From Ranitomeya imitator (lineage: Eukaryota), in assembly GCF_032444005.1 (NCBI RefSeq), contig NC_091282.1:661974001-662038000 (forward strand): a DNA stretch of 64,000 bases. The letters are read 5' to 3'. The notes under the pieces were generated by a model. That model was given only the letters and a program-made list of their open reading frames with translations. It made no database searches and had not been told where the DNA came from. The position numbers and the translations under genes were made by a program. This document shows positions 51,401 through 63,159 of the stretch, piece after piece (within the stretch, counting starts at the first letter, position 1; every line of letters starts with the position of its first letter).

Positions 51401-54400
51401 ATTGCATACATTAGTTAGGACTGCTCTGATAAGGGTATACCGTGAAGATTGGTAGAGCAGCTTAGTATACATTTTTTGCAAAAAACGTATCAACCAAATA
51501 CCCTGTTTTTTACATCTTTTACTAGCACTTGCGGATTACTGCAACATTTTTTCAAACTGAGTGTTTTTGGTTTTACTATTCTCTTTTGTGTCTTCAGGTT
51601 TCTTGGTGGTGTGTGAACATGATCATACAGACTTGTTCACTGTGCAAGTAGCCCATGTGTTCCTGTTTCCATAATTGTTCTCTTGTGTCTACAAGACTGG
51701 GGAGTTCCACCACTCCTCTTGGGCTATCTGCACAAAAGCTGTTCTACCCTGTATGCACACATGGATTTTTCCTCTCTGAACCCTGTTCACACAGGTTATA
51801 TACAGATGATCAGGTTTTTAAATACATCAGATAGGGATTGCATACATTAGTTAGGACTGCTCTGATAAGGGTATACCGTGAAGATTGGTAGAGCAGCTTA
51901 GTATACATTTTTTGCAAAAAACGTATCAACCAAATACCCTGTTTTTTACATCTTTTACTAGCACTTGCGGATTACTGCAACATTTTTTCAAACTGAGTGT
52001 TTTTGGTTTTACTATTCTCTTTTGTGTCTTCAAGTTCAAGTGGTTGTTTGGTGATTATGGGCTGCAGTGGTGCTCTTTGGTTCTTTTGATCGTTTCTTCT
52101 GAGGTTGCATGGGCCACAATTTCTGCACCACTGTTCGATTGATTTTCTCATCCCGACCCAATAAAATCTTTCTCTTAGAAGTACTTCTAACTTTTTCCAA
52201 CCGAAGTGACCAGCACCATTATGGTAAGCTTCGAGGACCATCTTGACATCTTGTTTAGGCACGATAATCTGCCAAACCAATTCATGTGTTTTCGGATTGG
52301 TGTACCTTCTACAGAGCTTCCCTTGATACAGGAACATTTTGCCTCTCTCTTTCCAGAGTTGATGCGTCTCTTCTGGGGCATCCTCATCGGGATATGCACT
52401 TTGCTCAGTTAACAATTCCTTCACCAACTTCACAGCCGGATTGCTGTCTTGGGTGTCAGCCCATCTATGGTGTGCTAACGGATTTAAATTCACCTCTTGT
52501 TGTTTCTGATAGGTACTTGACTGATGATGTTTTGCCTTGGGATGATGGAAGGCTGGTAGTTCAATTTCTTCAAGCTCCCCCATTTCTTCTTCTACATCTC
52601 TCAAGTGTGGCATCCGGGATAGGGCATCGGCATTTCCATTCTTGCGACCTGCTCGATACTTGATCTTGAAGTTGTAATTAGATAACCGGGCTATCCATCG
52701 CTGTTCTAACGCACCTAATTTGGCTGTGTCCAGGTGGGTCAACGGATTGTTGTCAGTATAGACAATAAATTCTGCAGCGGCCAGATAGTGTTTGAAACGT
52801 TCAGTCACAGCCCAAACTACTGCCAGTAGTTCCAATTTGAAGGAGCTGTAATTTTCTGAATTTCTTTCAGTAGGCCGGAGCTTTCTACTTGCAAAGGCGA
52901 TGACTTTCTCCCGACCTTCTTGCTTTTGTGACAGCACCGCTCCTAGTCCCACATTACTGGCATCGGTGTAGAGGATGAAAGGTTGATGGTAATCTGGGTA
53001 TGCCAGAACCTCTTCTCCGGTTAGTGCCTTCTTTAGTTGTTCAAAGGAGTCTTCCCTTTTGTCGTTCCACTGAAAAGGAGGGTTTCGGTTTGAAGGTTTC
53101 TTCGTCTGCCCTACCAAGGTGTCTTGCAAGGGTGCTGCCAACTTGGTAAATCCTTTTATAAATCTGCGATAGTAACCCACCAATCCCAGGAATTGTCTCA
53201 CTTCTTTTGCGCTGGTAGGTCTTGGCCAATCCCTTATGGCGCTTATTTTCTCGGGATCTGGTGCTACTCCCTCCGAACTCACGATGTGTCCCAGGTACTG
53301 TACCTTTGGCTTGAGAAGGTGACATTTGGATGGCTTGACTTTCATGCCATACCTGGATAAGGCTTCGAACACTTCTGCCAGGTCTATTAAGTGTTGTTCG
53401 TAAGTCTTTGAGTAGACGATCACATCATCTAGGTACAGGAGGACGGTCTCGAAGTTCTTGTGTCCGAGGCAGCATTCCATCAGCCGCTGGAAGGTACCGG
53501 ATGCGTTGCAGAGTCCGAACGGCATGCGATTAAATTCACATAGACCCATTGGTGTGGTGAATGCCGTCTTTTCCTTATCTCGCTCAGCCACAGGGACTTA
53601 CCAATACCCGCTTGTTAAGTCTAAGGTGGAAAAATAAATAGCAGATTTCAAAGCAGTTAAGGACTCTTCTATCCTAGGCAAGGGGTAGGTGTCTTTATGG
53701 GTGATGTTATTAATCTTCCGGTAGTCTACGCACATTCTCATGGTTCCGTCCTTTTTTTTGACAATCACTAGAGGGGCCGCCCAGGGGCTACAGCTGTCTC
53801 TTATTACCCCGGCCTGTTTCATCTCCCTCAGCATATCTTTTGCACATTGATAGTGAGCGGGCGGTATGGGTCTATATCTTTCTTTTATTGGGGGATGGTC
53901 ACTGGTGGGGATTGTGTGTTCTACCCCTTCTATCCGTCCGAAGTCCAATGGGTGTTTACTGAAGACTTGTTCATATTCCGTCACTAGCCTATACACCCCT
54001 TGTTTTTGATGGGTAGGTGTTGAATTTATGCCCACGTGTAGCTGTTGGCACCAATCCTCCATTTCTCCATCTGAGCCATTGCCTTCCACCTGACAGGTTG
54101 GTTCTAAGGGCTCAATGGTTGTGATGGCATTGTTGTCAACAGTATATAGCTTTGCCATTGTAGCATACCTTGGCAAAGTAACCTCTTCCTCTCCACAGTT
54201 CAAAAGTCGTACCGGCACTCGTCCCCGGTGTACCTCGACTATCCCTCGTGCTGTGAGTATAGTGGGCCTGCTGTCGGTGTACACTGGTTCTATTAAGGCT
54301 TGATAATCTCGTCCCTTAGTACCAATGGCTGCTCTACACCATACCAGCATTTCTGTTTTTGGTGGGATTACAATAGACGTTGGATCACTTACCCTCACAC

Positions 54401-54896
54401 TGCCGATTTCTCCACCTGCAACTTCTACCTGTTGCCTTAACATCAATACTTTTATTTCCCTCCGGAGAACTCTCTGCTGGCAGGATTGGGCAGTTTCAGC
54501 AATTTGCTGTAAGACAGAAATGACTTCGGAAAAGCAGTTCTCTAACACATTCATTCCTATCAATACAGTTGGTTCACAGTTCCGCCGGTCAACATCAACA
54601 ACAATTATACCCTGTTTCTTCAATTCTACTTTACCAATCTTTATGGTCATCTCCCTGAATCCTAGTTTCGGTACCAACTTACCATTACTGGCCCATATAT
54701 CTAGTTCAACATCAGAGGGCCCTTTATCAATATCTGCATCAGCCCAGTACCTCTTATAAAGGATATACGGTATAGATGAAATCTGGGAACCTGTGTCCAG
54801 CAAAGCGTTGAGGGGCATTCCGTCCAGCACGATAGGGATAATGGGTCGTCCTCCGATGTACCTGTCGTGCCAGGGTGTTGGGCCTTGAAAGTTCAT
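48426..54896 (-). pseudogene. pol: Gypsy pol (PR-RT-RNaseH-integrase), disrupted by one TAA (53598-53600) and the 49713-52030 insertion
   Basis: Protease LLDTGS, RT CVDYRKIN...YPLP...LDLTSGYW*VPV...YLDD, RNase H LYTDAS...YTDNNPL, integrase HHCC (HNGAGH...CRNCGPC) and core VAIDHV...TDQG...GLCEKMN. One frame throughout once the insertion is removed. Confidence 0.93.
49761..52030. repeat. 5.2 near-identical head-to-tail copies of a 436-bp unit
   Basis: tcttttactagcacttgc recurs at 49771, 50207, 50643, 51079, 51515 and 51951. Confidence 0.97.
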
Positions 54897-55933
54897 TCCT
54901 GCGAAGCGGCCCGCATTCCCAGGGGATTCCCGTTTAAATCACAATCTCGTGCAAAGTGGCCTGGCTGCTGGCAACGGCGGCAAATGGGCTGTCCATCCGG
55001 TTGGTAGCGGTCGCGGGGTCGTCCTCTCCATGTCGGGTATCTCCGGGGTCTCATCCATGGAACACCTTCTCTACGGTTTGACAACTCCATCTTGGGTCCT
55101 CTCATCTCCTGCATGGTTTTAGCCATTGAAGCAACAACATCAGTTAAAGAGTCAAGCTTTTGTTGAAGAGCCTCATTAGTACTGGGCCCCAGGGGCTTAG
55201 CAATGGCCCCGGACATAGCTGATGTCACTGGTACTCCATGTTGTTGAGGAGCCTTTGCCATGAGTTGCGCAGGATCCTGATCCCGAGGTGCCTCTGCCAG
55301 CTGGAGACGTATAACGCTCTCCTTTAATTGGGCAAATGTCAATTCAGGGTTCTTAAAAACAAGCATGCTCACATGCCCCCGGTGAGAAGGGGTGTAGAGT
55401 CCCTCAATAAATTGATCTCTTAGCAGTTTATCCGCTCCGGTGTTAAAAATGGGTTCAGCCAGTGTAAGTGATTTAAGGGCTTCCTGCAGGTTTAAGGCAA
55501 AGTCTCTCACGCCCTCATTAACTTTTTGTTTGCAATTAAAGAATCGTACTTTAGCTTTGCTGCTGGCAGTGGTTTCAAATGTAGCTTTTAATCCAGCAAA
55601 TATGCGTTCAACAGTGCCTTTTAGATCAGCTGCCCACGCTGTGACTTCTCGCTTAGCATGGCCACTTAACTGCATCATCAGGAGACTAACACGCTGAACT
55701 TCACCCACAGGGAACATGTCAAAATGGGCCAGCATCTTTTCTCTGAAATCATCAAGGGTATTAGGCTCACCTTCATACATTGGAAGCCATGGGCCACCCG
55801 GGGTATATGGCATCAGCACCGGCATGATGGGCGCCACTCCTTGCACCGCTGCGCTACCGGACTCTCTATCGACACTCTGTCTTTCAGCTGCATTAGCGTC
55901 GCCGGGTGCTGCGGCGTCTCCGTGCTGCGACAT
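54893..55933 (-). CDS. gag: Gypsy Gag, 346 aa, with CCHC zinc knuckle
   Basis: Intact ORF after the PBS; LRDQFIEGL motif and CRRCQQPGHFARDC. Confidence 0.9.
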   Translation of the reverse strand: MSQHGDAAAPGDANAAERQSVDRESGSAAVQGVAPIMPVLMPYTPGGPWLPMYEGEPNTLDDFREKMLAHFDMFPVGEVQRVSLLMMQLSGHAKREVTAWAADLKGTVERIFAGLKATFETTASSKAKVRFFNCKQKVNEGVRDFALNLQEALKSLTLAEPIFNTGADKLLRDQFIEGLYTPSHRGHVSMLVFKNPELTFAQLKESVIRLQLAEAPRDQDPAQLMAKAPQQHGVPVTSAMSGAIAKPLGPSTNEALQQKLDSLTDVVASMAKTMQEMRGPKMELSNRREGVPWMRPRRYPTWRGRPRDRYQPDGQPICRRCQQPGHFARDCDLNGNPLGMRAASQE

Positions 55934-58900
55934 ACTGTGCCCCCTTAGTTAATCCGGACCCTTCCGGTCCTCCGCTTCCGTCGGGATAGTGTAGATTCGT
56001 TCCGCTGTGCTGCAGGATCGATTTTCCCCTTGCTCTGATGTCAGAGCGCTCAGCTTGGTGCCGCCCACAATGACACGCCCCCTGCTGCTCCCACCCACCG
56101 CGCTCTATAATGGCGGATTCTGAAGTTTTTCAGTTAGACTGGGGCTCAGGTGATGGCGTAGCTCAATTAACAGTCTCGTGCCTAACGGTTATGAAGTGAT
56201 TACCTCAGGGGATGGCGGCCATCTTTACTCCATTATAACCAATGGGGAAAAGTCACTTTCAATAGTTTTCAATGGGGAATGGATTTTTCTTTAATAAAGT
56301 CAATTTTCAAGATTTTTCATCCAAGTTTTCACAGTTTTGGGCTCCAATCACGGCACACAATACCCGGTATACAGGCTGGCTAGATCCTGTTCGTGACGCC
56401 AATTGTAACGCCCAAGAGACCGGGGTACCCAGCACCAGACCAATGGGGTCTGTCTCTTGAGGGGGGTGTCACGGGTGGCTTGACCCGGTGCTGTGGCCTC
56501 AGGCAATGCACAGTGTAAAGGGTATCGTGAGGGAACAGGCACTTACTTGATCAGCAGCAGGTTCTCCCAGCGGTGATGATCCCAATCCTGGATAGATGGC
56601 TATTGTCCAAATGAAAGACTGAGGCACTGAAACGTTTAACCAGTTTACTTTAACAAAAAAGGATTTACAACCAGTCCTGTCACCGGAGTCTGTATGGGAA
56701 CTCTGAGTTACTTTTACCCTGCCGGGGTCTTCGCCTCTTATTGTACGCAATTTCTGTGTGGCCCTGCTGCTGTATGTGAACTGGCTGCCGGCCCAATCTG
56801 TCCCCTCCGGGTCCTGGTTCGACGGGCAACCCGAGTCCTTTTATCGGCTTACCCCCTCCAGGAGTACCGCTGAACTCTGTGTCTGTTGCTGCGTCCGACC
56901 CTAGTGAAGCTGATATCACCTCACATTTTTCCGGTTGCTGTATTATATGTAATGAATACAGCCACGGATCCGGTATCCGTCTTTGCGCCTGTTCTGGGTA
57001 GTGATTAATGCTACCCGGTTCTCACAATGTCCTTTTTCTCTATCCCTCTTCTCCTCAGGCCGGTGATTTAGGCCTGGTAACAGTCACAGGGCTGTTAGAG
57101 ATTCAACTGTATGACCTCTCACTTTCAGCTCCTTAGCCCAACTGCCAGTTCTTCTCTCAGACCAGAATGGATCGAGGGGAGTCTCTGGAGCTCCCCCTTC
57201 TGGCCAGAGGTGGTAGTGCAGTCTTGCTATTTTAGTATTTGCATTTACTGTCAGTAACTATTTTTGTGGCAAATACCCCTAGGGGTGCCACAAGAACATT
57301 TAACTTTTTTCACAAAAAATTCAGTTCAGATCCAATTTGTTTTATTTTACCAAGGGTAACAGGAGAAGTTGGACCCCAAAAGTTGTTGTACAATTTTTCC
57401 TGAGTACGCTGATGCCCCATATGTGGGGGTAAACCACTGTTTGGGCGCATGGCAGAGCTCGGAAGGAAAGGAGCGCCATTTGACTTTTCAATGCAAAATT
57501 GGCTGGAATTGAAATAGGACGCCATGTCGTGTTTGGAGAGCTACTGATGTGCCTAAACAGTGGAAACCCCCCACAATTGACCCCATTTTGGAAACTAGAC
57601 CCTCTAAGGTACCTATCTAGATGTGTGATGAGCACTTTGAACCCCCAAGTGCTTCACTAAAGTTTATAATGTAGAGCCATGAAAATAAAAAAAATCATTT
57701 TTTTCCCACAAAAATGATCTTTTAGCCCGCAATTTTTTATTTTCCCAAGGGTAACAAGAGAAATTGGACCCCATATGTGGGGGTAAACCCCTGTTTGGGC
57801 GCACGACAGAGCTTGGAAGGGAAGGAGCACCGTTATACTTTTTCAACACAGAATTGGCTGGAATTGAGATCGGACGCCATATCGTGTTTGGAGAGCCCTG
57901 ATTTGCCTAAACAGTGGAAACCCCCCCAATTCTAACTGAAACCCTAATCCAAACACACCCCTAACCCTAATCCCAACCCTAACCACACCCCTAACCCCAA
58001 CACACCCCTAACCCCAACACACCCCTAATCCCAACCGTAAACGTAATCCATCCCTAACCCTAACTTTAGCCCTAACCCTAATGGGAAAATGGAAATATAT
58101 TTAAAAAAATTATTTTATTATTTTTCCCTAACCAAGGGGGGTTTGATTTACTATTTATAGCGGGTTTTTATGTTTGGCAGCTGTCACACGCTAAAAGACG
58201 CTTTTCATTGCAAAAAATAGTTTTTGCGTCACCACATTTTGAGAGCTATAATTTTTCCATATTCTGGCCCACAGAGTCATGTGAGGTCTTGTTTATTGCG
58301 GGACGAGTGTGACGTTTTGATTGGTACCATTTTTGGGCACATGACATTTTTTGATCGCTTTTTATTCCGATTTTTGTGAGGCAGAATGAACAAAAACCAG
58401 CAATTCATGAATTTTTTTTTTTTTTTTTTTGGGGGGGGGGGGATTTATACCGTTCCACGTTTGGTAAAATTGATAAAGCAGTTTTATTTTTTGGTTCAGT
58501 ATGATTACAGCGATACCTCATTTTTCTTTTTTTTAAGTTTTGTAGCTTTTATGCAATAAAAACTTTTATATAAAAAAATAATTCTTTTGCATCGCTTTAT
58601 TCTGAGGGCTATAAATTTTTTTATTTTTCTGGTGATGGAGTTATATGGCTGCTTGTTTTTTGCGGGACAAGATGACGTTTTCAGCGGTACCATGTTTATT
58701 TATAGTTGTCTTTTGATCGCGTGTTATTCCACTTTTTGTTCGGTGGTATGATGATAAAACATTGTTTTTTTGCCTTTTTTTTAATGGTGTTCACTAAAGG
58801 GGTTAACTAGTGGGACAGTTTTCTAGGTCGGGTCGTTACGGACGCGGCGATACTAAATATGCTGGCAACACTGTGTGAGAAAATTCTCACGCAGTATTGC

Positions 58901-59679
58901 TGTAAAGCGAGAGAATGAACTCAGGTAACCTCTTAAGCGATGCACTGCAGGAGCCTTATCTGTGCCAGTGCCTCACAGGAGGCTTATAGAGCAGTGATGT
59001 CACCCAATGTCACTGTTCTATAGGGGAGATCACCGTGGGACACTCGTTATTAATTGGACTGCATCAGACCAGGGAGTATACTGTTGGTTTATTATTTTTT
59101 ATCTTTTGCAGGTGATCGATGGCTTCGGGGAATTAGGAGTGGTTGTAAGTATGGTGAAATTAAGAAAATTTAAAATACTTTTTTCTGGCTGTGTCTTTTT
59201 TATAACTCTTTCACTACTATAGGATTAGTAATGGATAGGTGTCTTATTGACGCCTCTCCTTTACTAACCGGGCTTAATGTCACCTTACAGTACAAAGGTG
59301 ACATTAACCCCTTATTACCCCATATGCCACCGCTACAGGGCAGTGGAAAGAGAGAGGCTAAGTGCCGAAATTGGCGCATCTTACAGATTCGCCATTTCTG
59401 GGGCGGCTGGGAGCTGGTATTTGTAGCCAGGGGGGGCAATATCCATGACACCTCTCTCTAGGCTATGAATATCAGCCTTCAGCTGTCTGCATACCCTTTC
59501 TGGCTATTATAGGAGGCCCAACATAATTTTTTGGGGGGTCCCCCTATTTTAATAGCCAGTAAAGGCTAAATATACAGCTGCGGCCTGATATTCATAGCTT
59601 GGGAAGATGCATGGGTATTAACCCCTTCCCAGACTATAAACATCGGCCCCCAGCCGTCTGCTTTTGAGTCGCCCGCCAG

Positions 59680-60590
59680 GGCCTAGGAGTACTCGGTGCT
59701 GGGTCTGGTACTTAAAGGGATGTGTCACGGCAGCGGCGACTCGGTCCGTGGCCTGGGTGCCCAAGTAAAAGAGATAGTCTTTAAAGGGGCTTTGTGAATA
59801 AAGTTTGTGACGCCACCTATGGTTCTCGGTTAGATATGACTGACGCTGCTTAAAGGGGTCCACTGGGGTGATGTTATGGCAGCTAAGATGGTATGGCTTC
59901 CCACAGGTGAAGCTGGATCCCCAGGGCTCCCGGTGTATAGTTGAAGATGGTGGGTGGTGTAGCAAGAAACGGAGGGCACAGGTCTGCAGTCTCTTTACCT
60001 GGTTTACTGATGAATTCAGGCAGCCACAGGCCAGGGTACCGGATCACAGGTCCAGGTATGGTCCGGCTGGCTTGGAAGCAAGTTGGGAGTCCTCCTTACC
60101 AGGTGGGGTTAGAAGCCTTCCTTCTAGCGCTGTGGTGTAGTCCCTTGCTGCCTTAAGCCTCTCACAAGGTCCTCATGTGTTCTCTCTGTCCTCCAGGTTG
60201 GTAGGACACTACCCGTACGACAGGTAGCTCGAGCCTTTTTACAGGGTCTCTGTCACGACCTGGGCTCTATGCGCTACTGTGTCGTCATGTGTAAGGGCGG
60301 ACAGGTGACTTGTAATCCAGCTGTCCTACCAATTTCTGCTGTGAGCCGTGGAGTCCTTCACAACCTCGGTCTTACGGCTACCGGTGTCTGCGCTCAGTAG
60401 GGAGGTAGCCCAGTCGCAGTTTACTCTCCAGTTCTTCACTCTCCTGTGTTCCACTATCCCTACACGCTCACTACAGCTTATTCTCTTCCCTGTTCTATCT
60501 CCTTCCAGAAGCTGCAGCACTTCTCGTGGCTGCATGGCCCCCTTCTTCCTCTCTGCCTCAGACTGCTCCAGGTCCAATACCCCTGCACAG
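59680..60590. mobile_element. Probable degraded or solo LTR fragment of another LTR element
   Basis: tgtcacggc..., aataaagtttgtgacgccacc and general LTR-like composition; no paired LTR or TSD found. Confidence 0.4.
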
Positions 60591-60823
60591 AGAGAGATAA
60601 ATTTAGTCTAAAGAGGTTTCGCAGGTACCCATTCAGATGAAGACGTTTATTCTCAGCGAGGAAAGGCAAGTGTAGGACCTGGGACAGAAGTAGCGGTCGA
60701 TCAAATAACTGACGATATGACACCCACAGATGTGCTGAAATAGTAATAATTAAAAGGTTGTGCAAAATGTGCAAATACAAGAGGACCACTACTTAATCAT
60801 GAATGGCAGACCATTCGGTGTAA

Positions 60824-61140
60824 GGCTACGTTCACATTAGCGTTGCGCGCCGCTGCGTCGGCGAAGCAACGCACGACGCACAAAAAAACGCGCGCAAACG
60901 CACGCAAAAACGCTGCGTTTTGCGACGTGTGCGTTGTTTTTTGACGAAAATCGGACGCACGAAAAATGCAACATGTTGCATTTTCTTGCGTCCGACGCTA
61001 GCGTCGGAAACGACGCACGTGTTGGAAAACGCAACAAAAAAAACGCACGCGTCCCCCATGTTAAACATAGGGGCGCGTCGCCGCTGCGTCGCCGACGCAA
61101 CAGCGACGCACATTAGCGGAACGCTAATGTGAACGTAGCC
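60824..61140. mobile_element. Harbinger-like MITE
   Basis: GGCTACGTTCACATTAGCGTT...AACGCTAATGTGAACGTAGCC with TAA duplication. Confidence 0.88.
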
Positions 61141-61146
61141 TAAGAG

Positions 61147-62579
61147 TGAAAAAAAGAACCTAAAGTATGGAAATCAAGATTATGATAAAACCCTACATGG
61201 GTGTATAAAGAATACCCAGGTAAAATAATAAAAAATATATAAAAATATAAAACCAAGGAAAGGTACAATGAACTAAAATGCCTTTATTACATAAATATAT
61301 ATATATTATACAGGGCAACAATAGGCAACCACAAAAAGTGTGCCTGTAACTGGAGGACAGAATAATAAAAATAGCAGCAATATAGTAACGGACACAGAGA
61401 GGGCTAGGTGTATATAAAAAAGAAAGCAAAAAATATACAAAAAAATAGAAATAAAGAGCAATATATATATGTATACTATGTATATAGATGGCAATATTAG
61501 TATAATATCCGTATGTAGAAAAATGGCCGTATAATAGAGGGAAAGGATGGGCACTGAGCAGGCTAAATGAGGGCTATGTAGAAAAATTATATATAAAAAA
61601 TATATATATACTAATGAAAGTGTAATTTAAGAACACATAACGTGTAAAGTGTCCACAATGGAAAAAGGTGCAAATAAACGTGCAATATAAAGCAAATCAG
61701 GCTAGAAGTACAAAAGGACTACTAAGTGATCAAACACCAGTAAACACACAACGTGTAGGAGTGGTGAAAAAATGAGCCCAAGATCACAGAAGCTGCTCAA
61801 TGTAGAAATGACCATACGGCCACCAACGATAATTACCTCTGCCAACTAAGTGTCCGGTCCTCCAGGTACAACAGAGGTAATTATCGTTGGTGGCCGTATG
61901 GTCATTTCTACATTGAGCAGCTTCTGTGATCTTGGGCTCATTTTTTCACCACTCCTACACGTTGTGTGTTTACTGGTGTTTGATCACTTAGTAGTCCTTT
62001 TGTACTTCTAGCCTGATTTGCTTTATATTGCACGTTTATTTGCACCTTTTTCCATTGTGGACACTTTACACGTTATGTGTTCTTAAATTACACTTTCATT
62101 AGTATATATATATTTTTTATATATAATTTTTCTACATAGCCCTCATTTAGCCTGCTCAGTGCCCATCCTTTCCCTCTATTATACGGCCATTTTTCTACAT
62201 ACGGATATTATACTAATATTGCCATCTATATACATAGTATACATATATATATTGCTCTTTATTTCTATTTTTTTGTATATTTTTTGCTTTCTTTTTTATA
62301 TACACCTAGCCCTCTCTGTGTCCGTTACTATATTGCTGCTATTTTTTTGCTGCTATTTTTTATTATTCTGTCCTCCAGTTACAGGCACACTTTTTGTGGT
62401 TGCCTATTGTTGCCCTGTATAATATATATATTTATGTAATAAAGGCATTTTAGTTCATTGTACCTTTCCTTGGTTTTATATTTTTATATATTTTTTATTA
62501 TTTTACCTGGGTATTCTTTATACACCCATGTAGGGTTTTATCATAATCTTGATTTCCATACTTTAGGTTCTTTTTTTCA
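61147..62579. repeat. Near-perfect long inverted repeat (~700-bp arms, 30-bp spacer)
   Basis: 61147-61841 is the reverse complement of 61872-62579, apart from a ~15-bp local duplication in the right arm. Confidence 0.95.
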
Positions 62580-63159
62580 AGTGTAGGACCTGGTATAAGA
62601 GAGATGCTCTAATGTGGCTACCAGGTACACATAAATTGGCCAATTTATGCGCTAAACGCTCTCGTTTTTTCATATTTCTAGTGCAGTAATGCAGTTCAAT
62701 TTTCATGTTTGCAGGTTTTAGCGTCGGAGTGTGCTGCCTTATTTATTTGACTTTGCTCCAGTCTGCTGTCTGGCACTCACTGACTGAACTCAACTCTCTT
62801 TCCCTCCAGAGCAGAATATATCAGAGCTCCCCCTTCTGGCCTGGAGTATGAACATGTTGCATGCTTATGATTACCTGATAAGAGAGATCCTTCCTCTCTT
62901 CCAAGCGTGACATCACTCTCCTGAGGAAAGCAATGCCACTGTGACAACCAGGAACCTAGGGTGTCACACTTTCCCTCTCTGGTGCAGAAAATTGCGCGGG
63001 TGCCCACGCCATTTTTTTTTTTCAATTTTTTTTAAATTAAACAGATATTGCGCTTAATAATGCAGATTTTGGGTGTCTTTAACTCTTTATATACCATTTT
63101 ATTATGTTTATTACTAAACATCGGGCTTGGTATCTATCTATCTATAGATATATCTATCC

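Larger units (their letters stand above)
47056..57292 (-). mobile_element. Full-length young Ty3/Gypsy LTR retrotransposon
   Basis: TG...CA LTRs at 47056-47943 and 56404-57292, differing by ~5 substitutions and 1 indel by eye; 4-bp TSD AGAA; PBS at 56384-56401; polypurine tract at ~47944-47954; domain order gag-PR-RT-RH-INT. Confidence 0.96.
46462..58860 (-). mobile_element. Third piggyBac-like non-autonomous element, split by the Gypsy insertion; far end not found
   Basis: TTAA|CCCCTTTACC start, collinear with the reverse complement of 11364-14904 on both sides of the LTR element; CCCTAA tract at ~57940-58082. Confidence 0.72.

Noticed and set aside
61306-62422. Two near-identical hydrophobic 82/87-aa ORFs on opposite strands
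   Set aside because: Low-complexity AT-rich readings of the two inverted-repeat arms.
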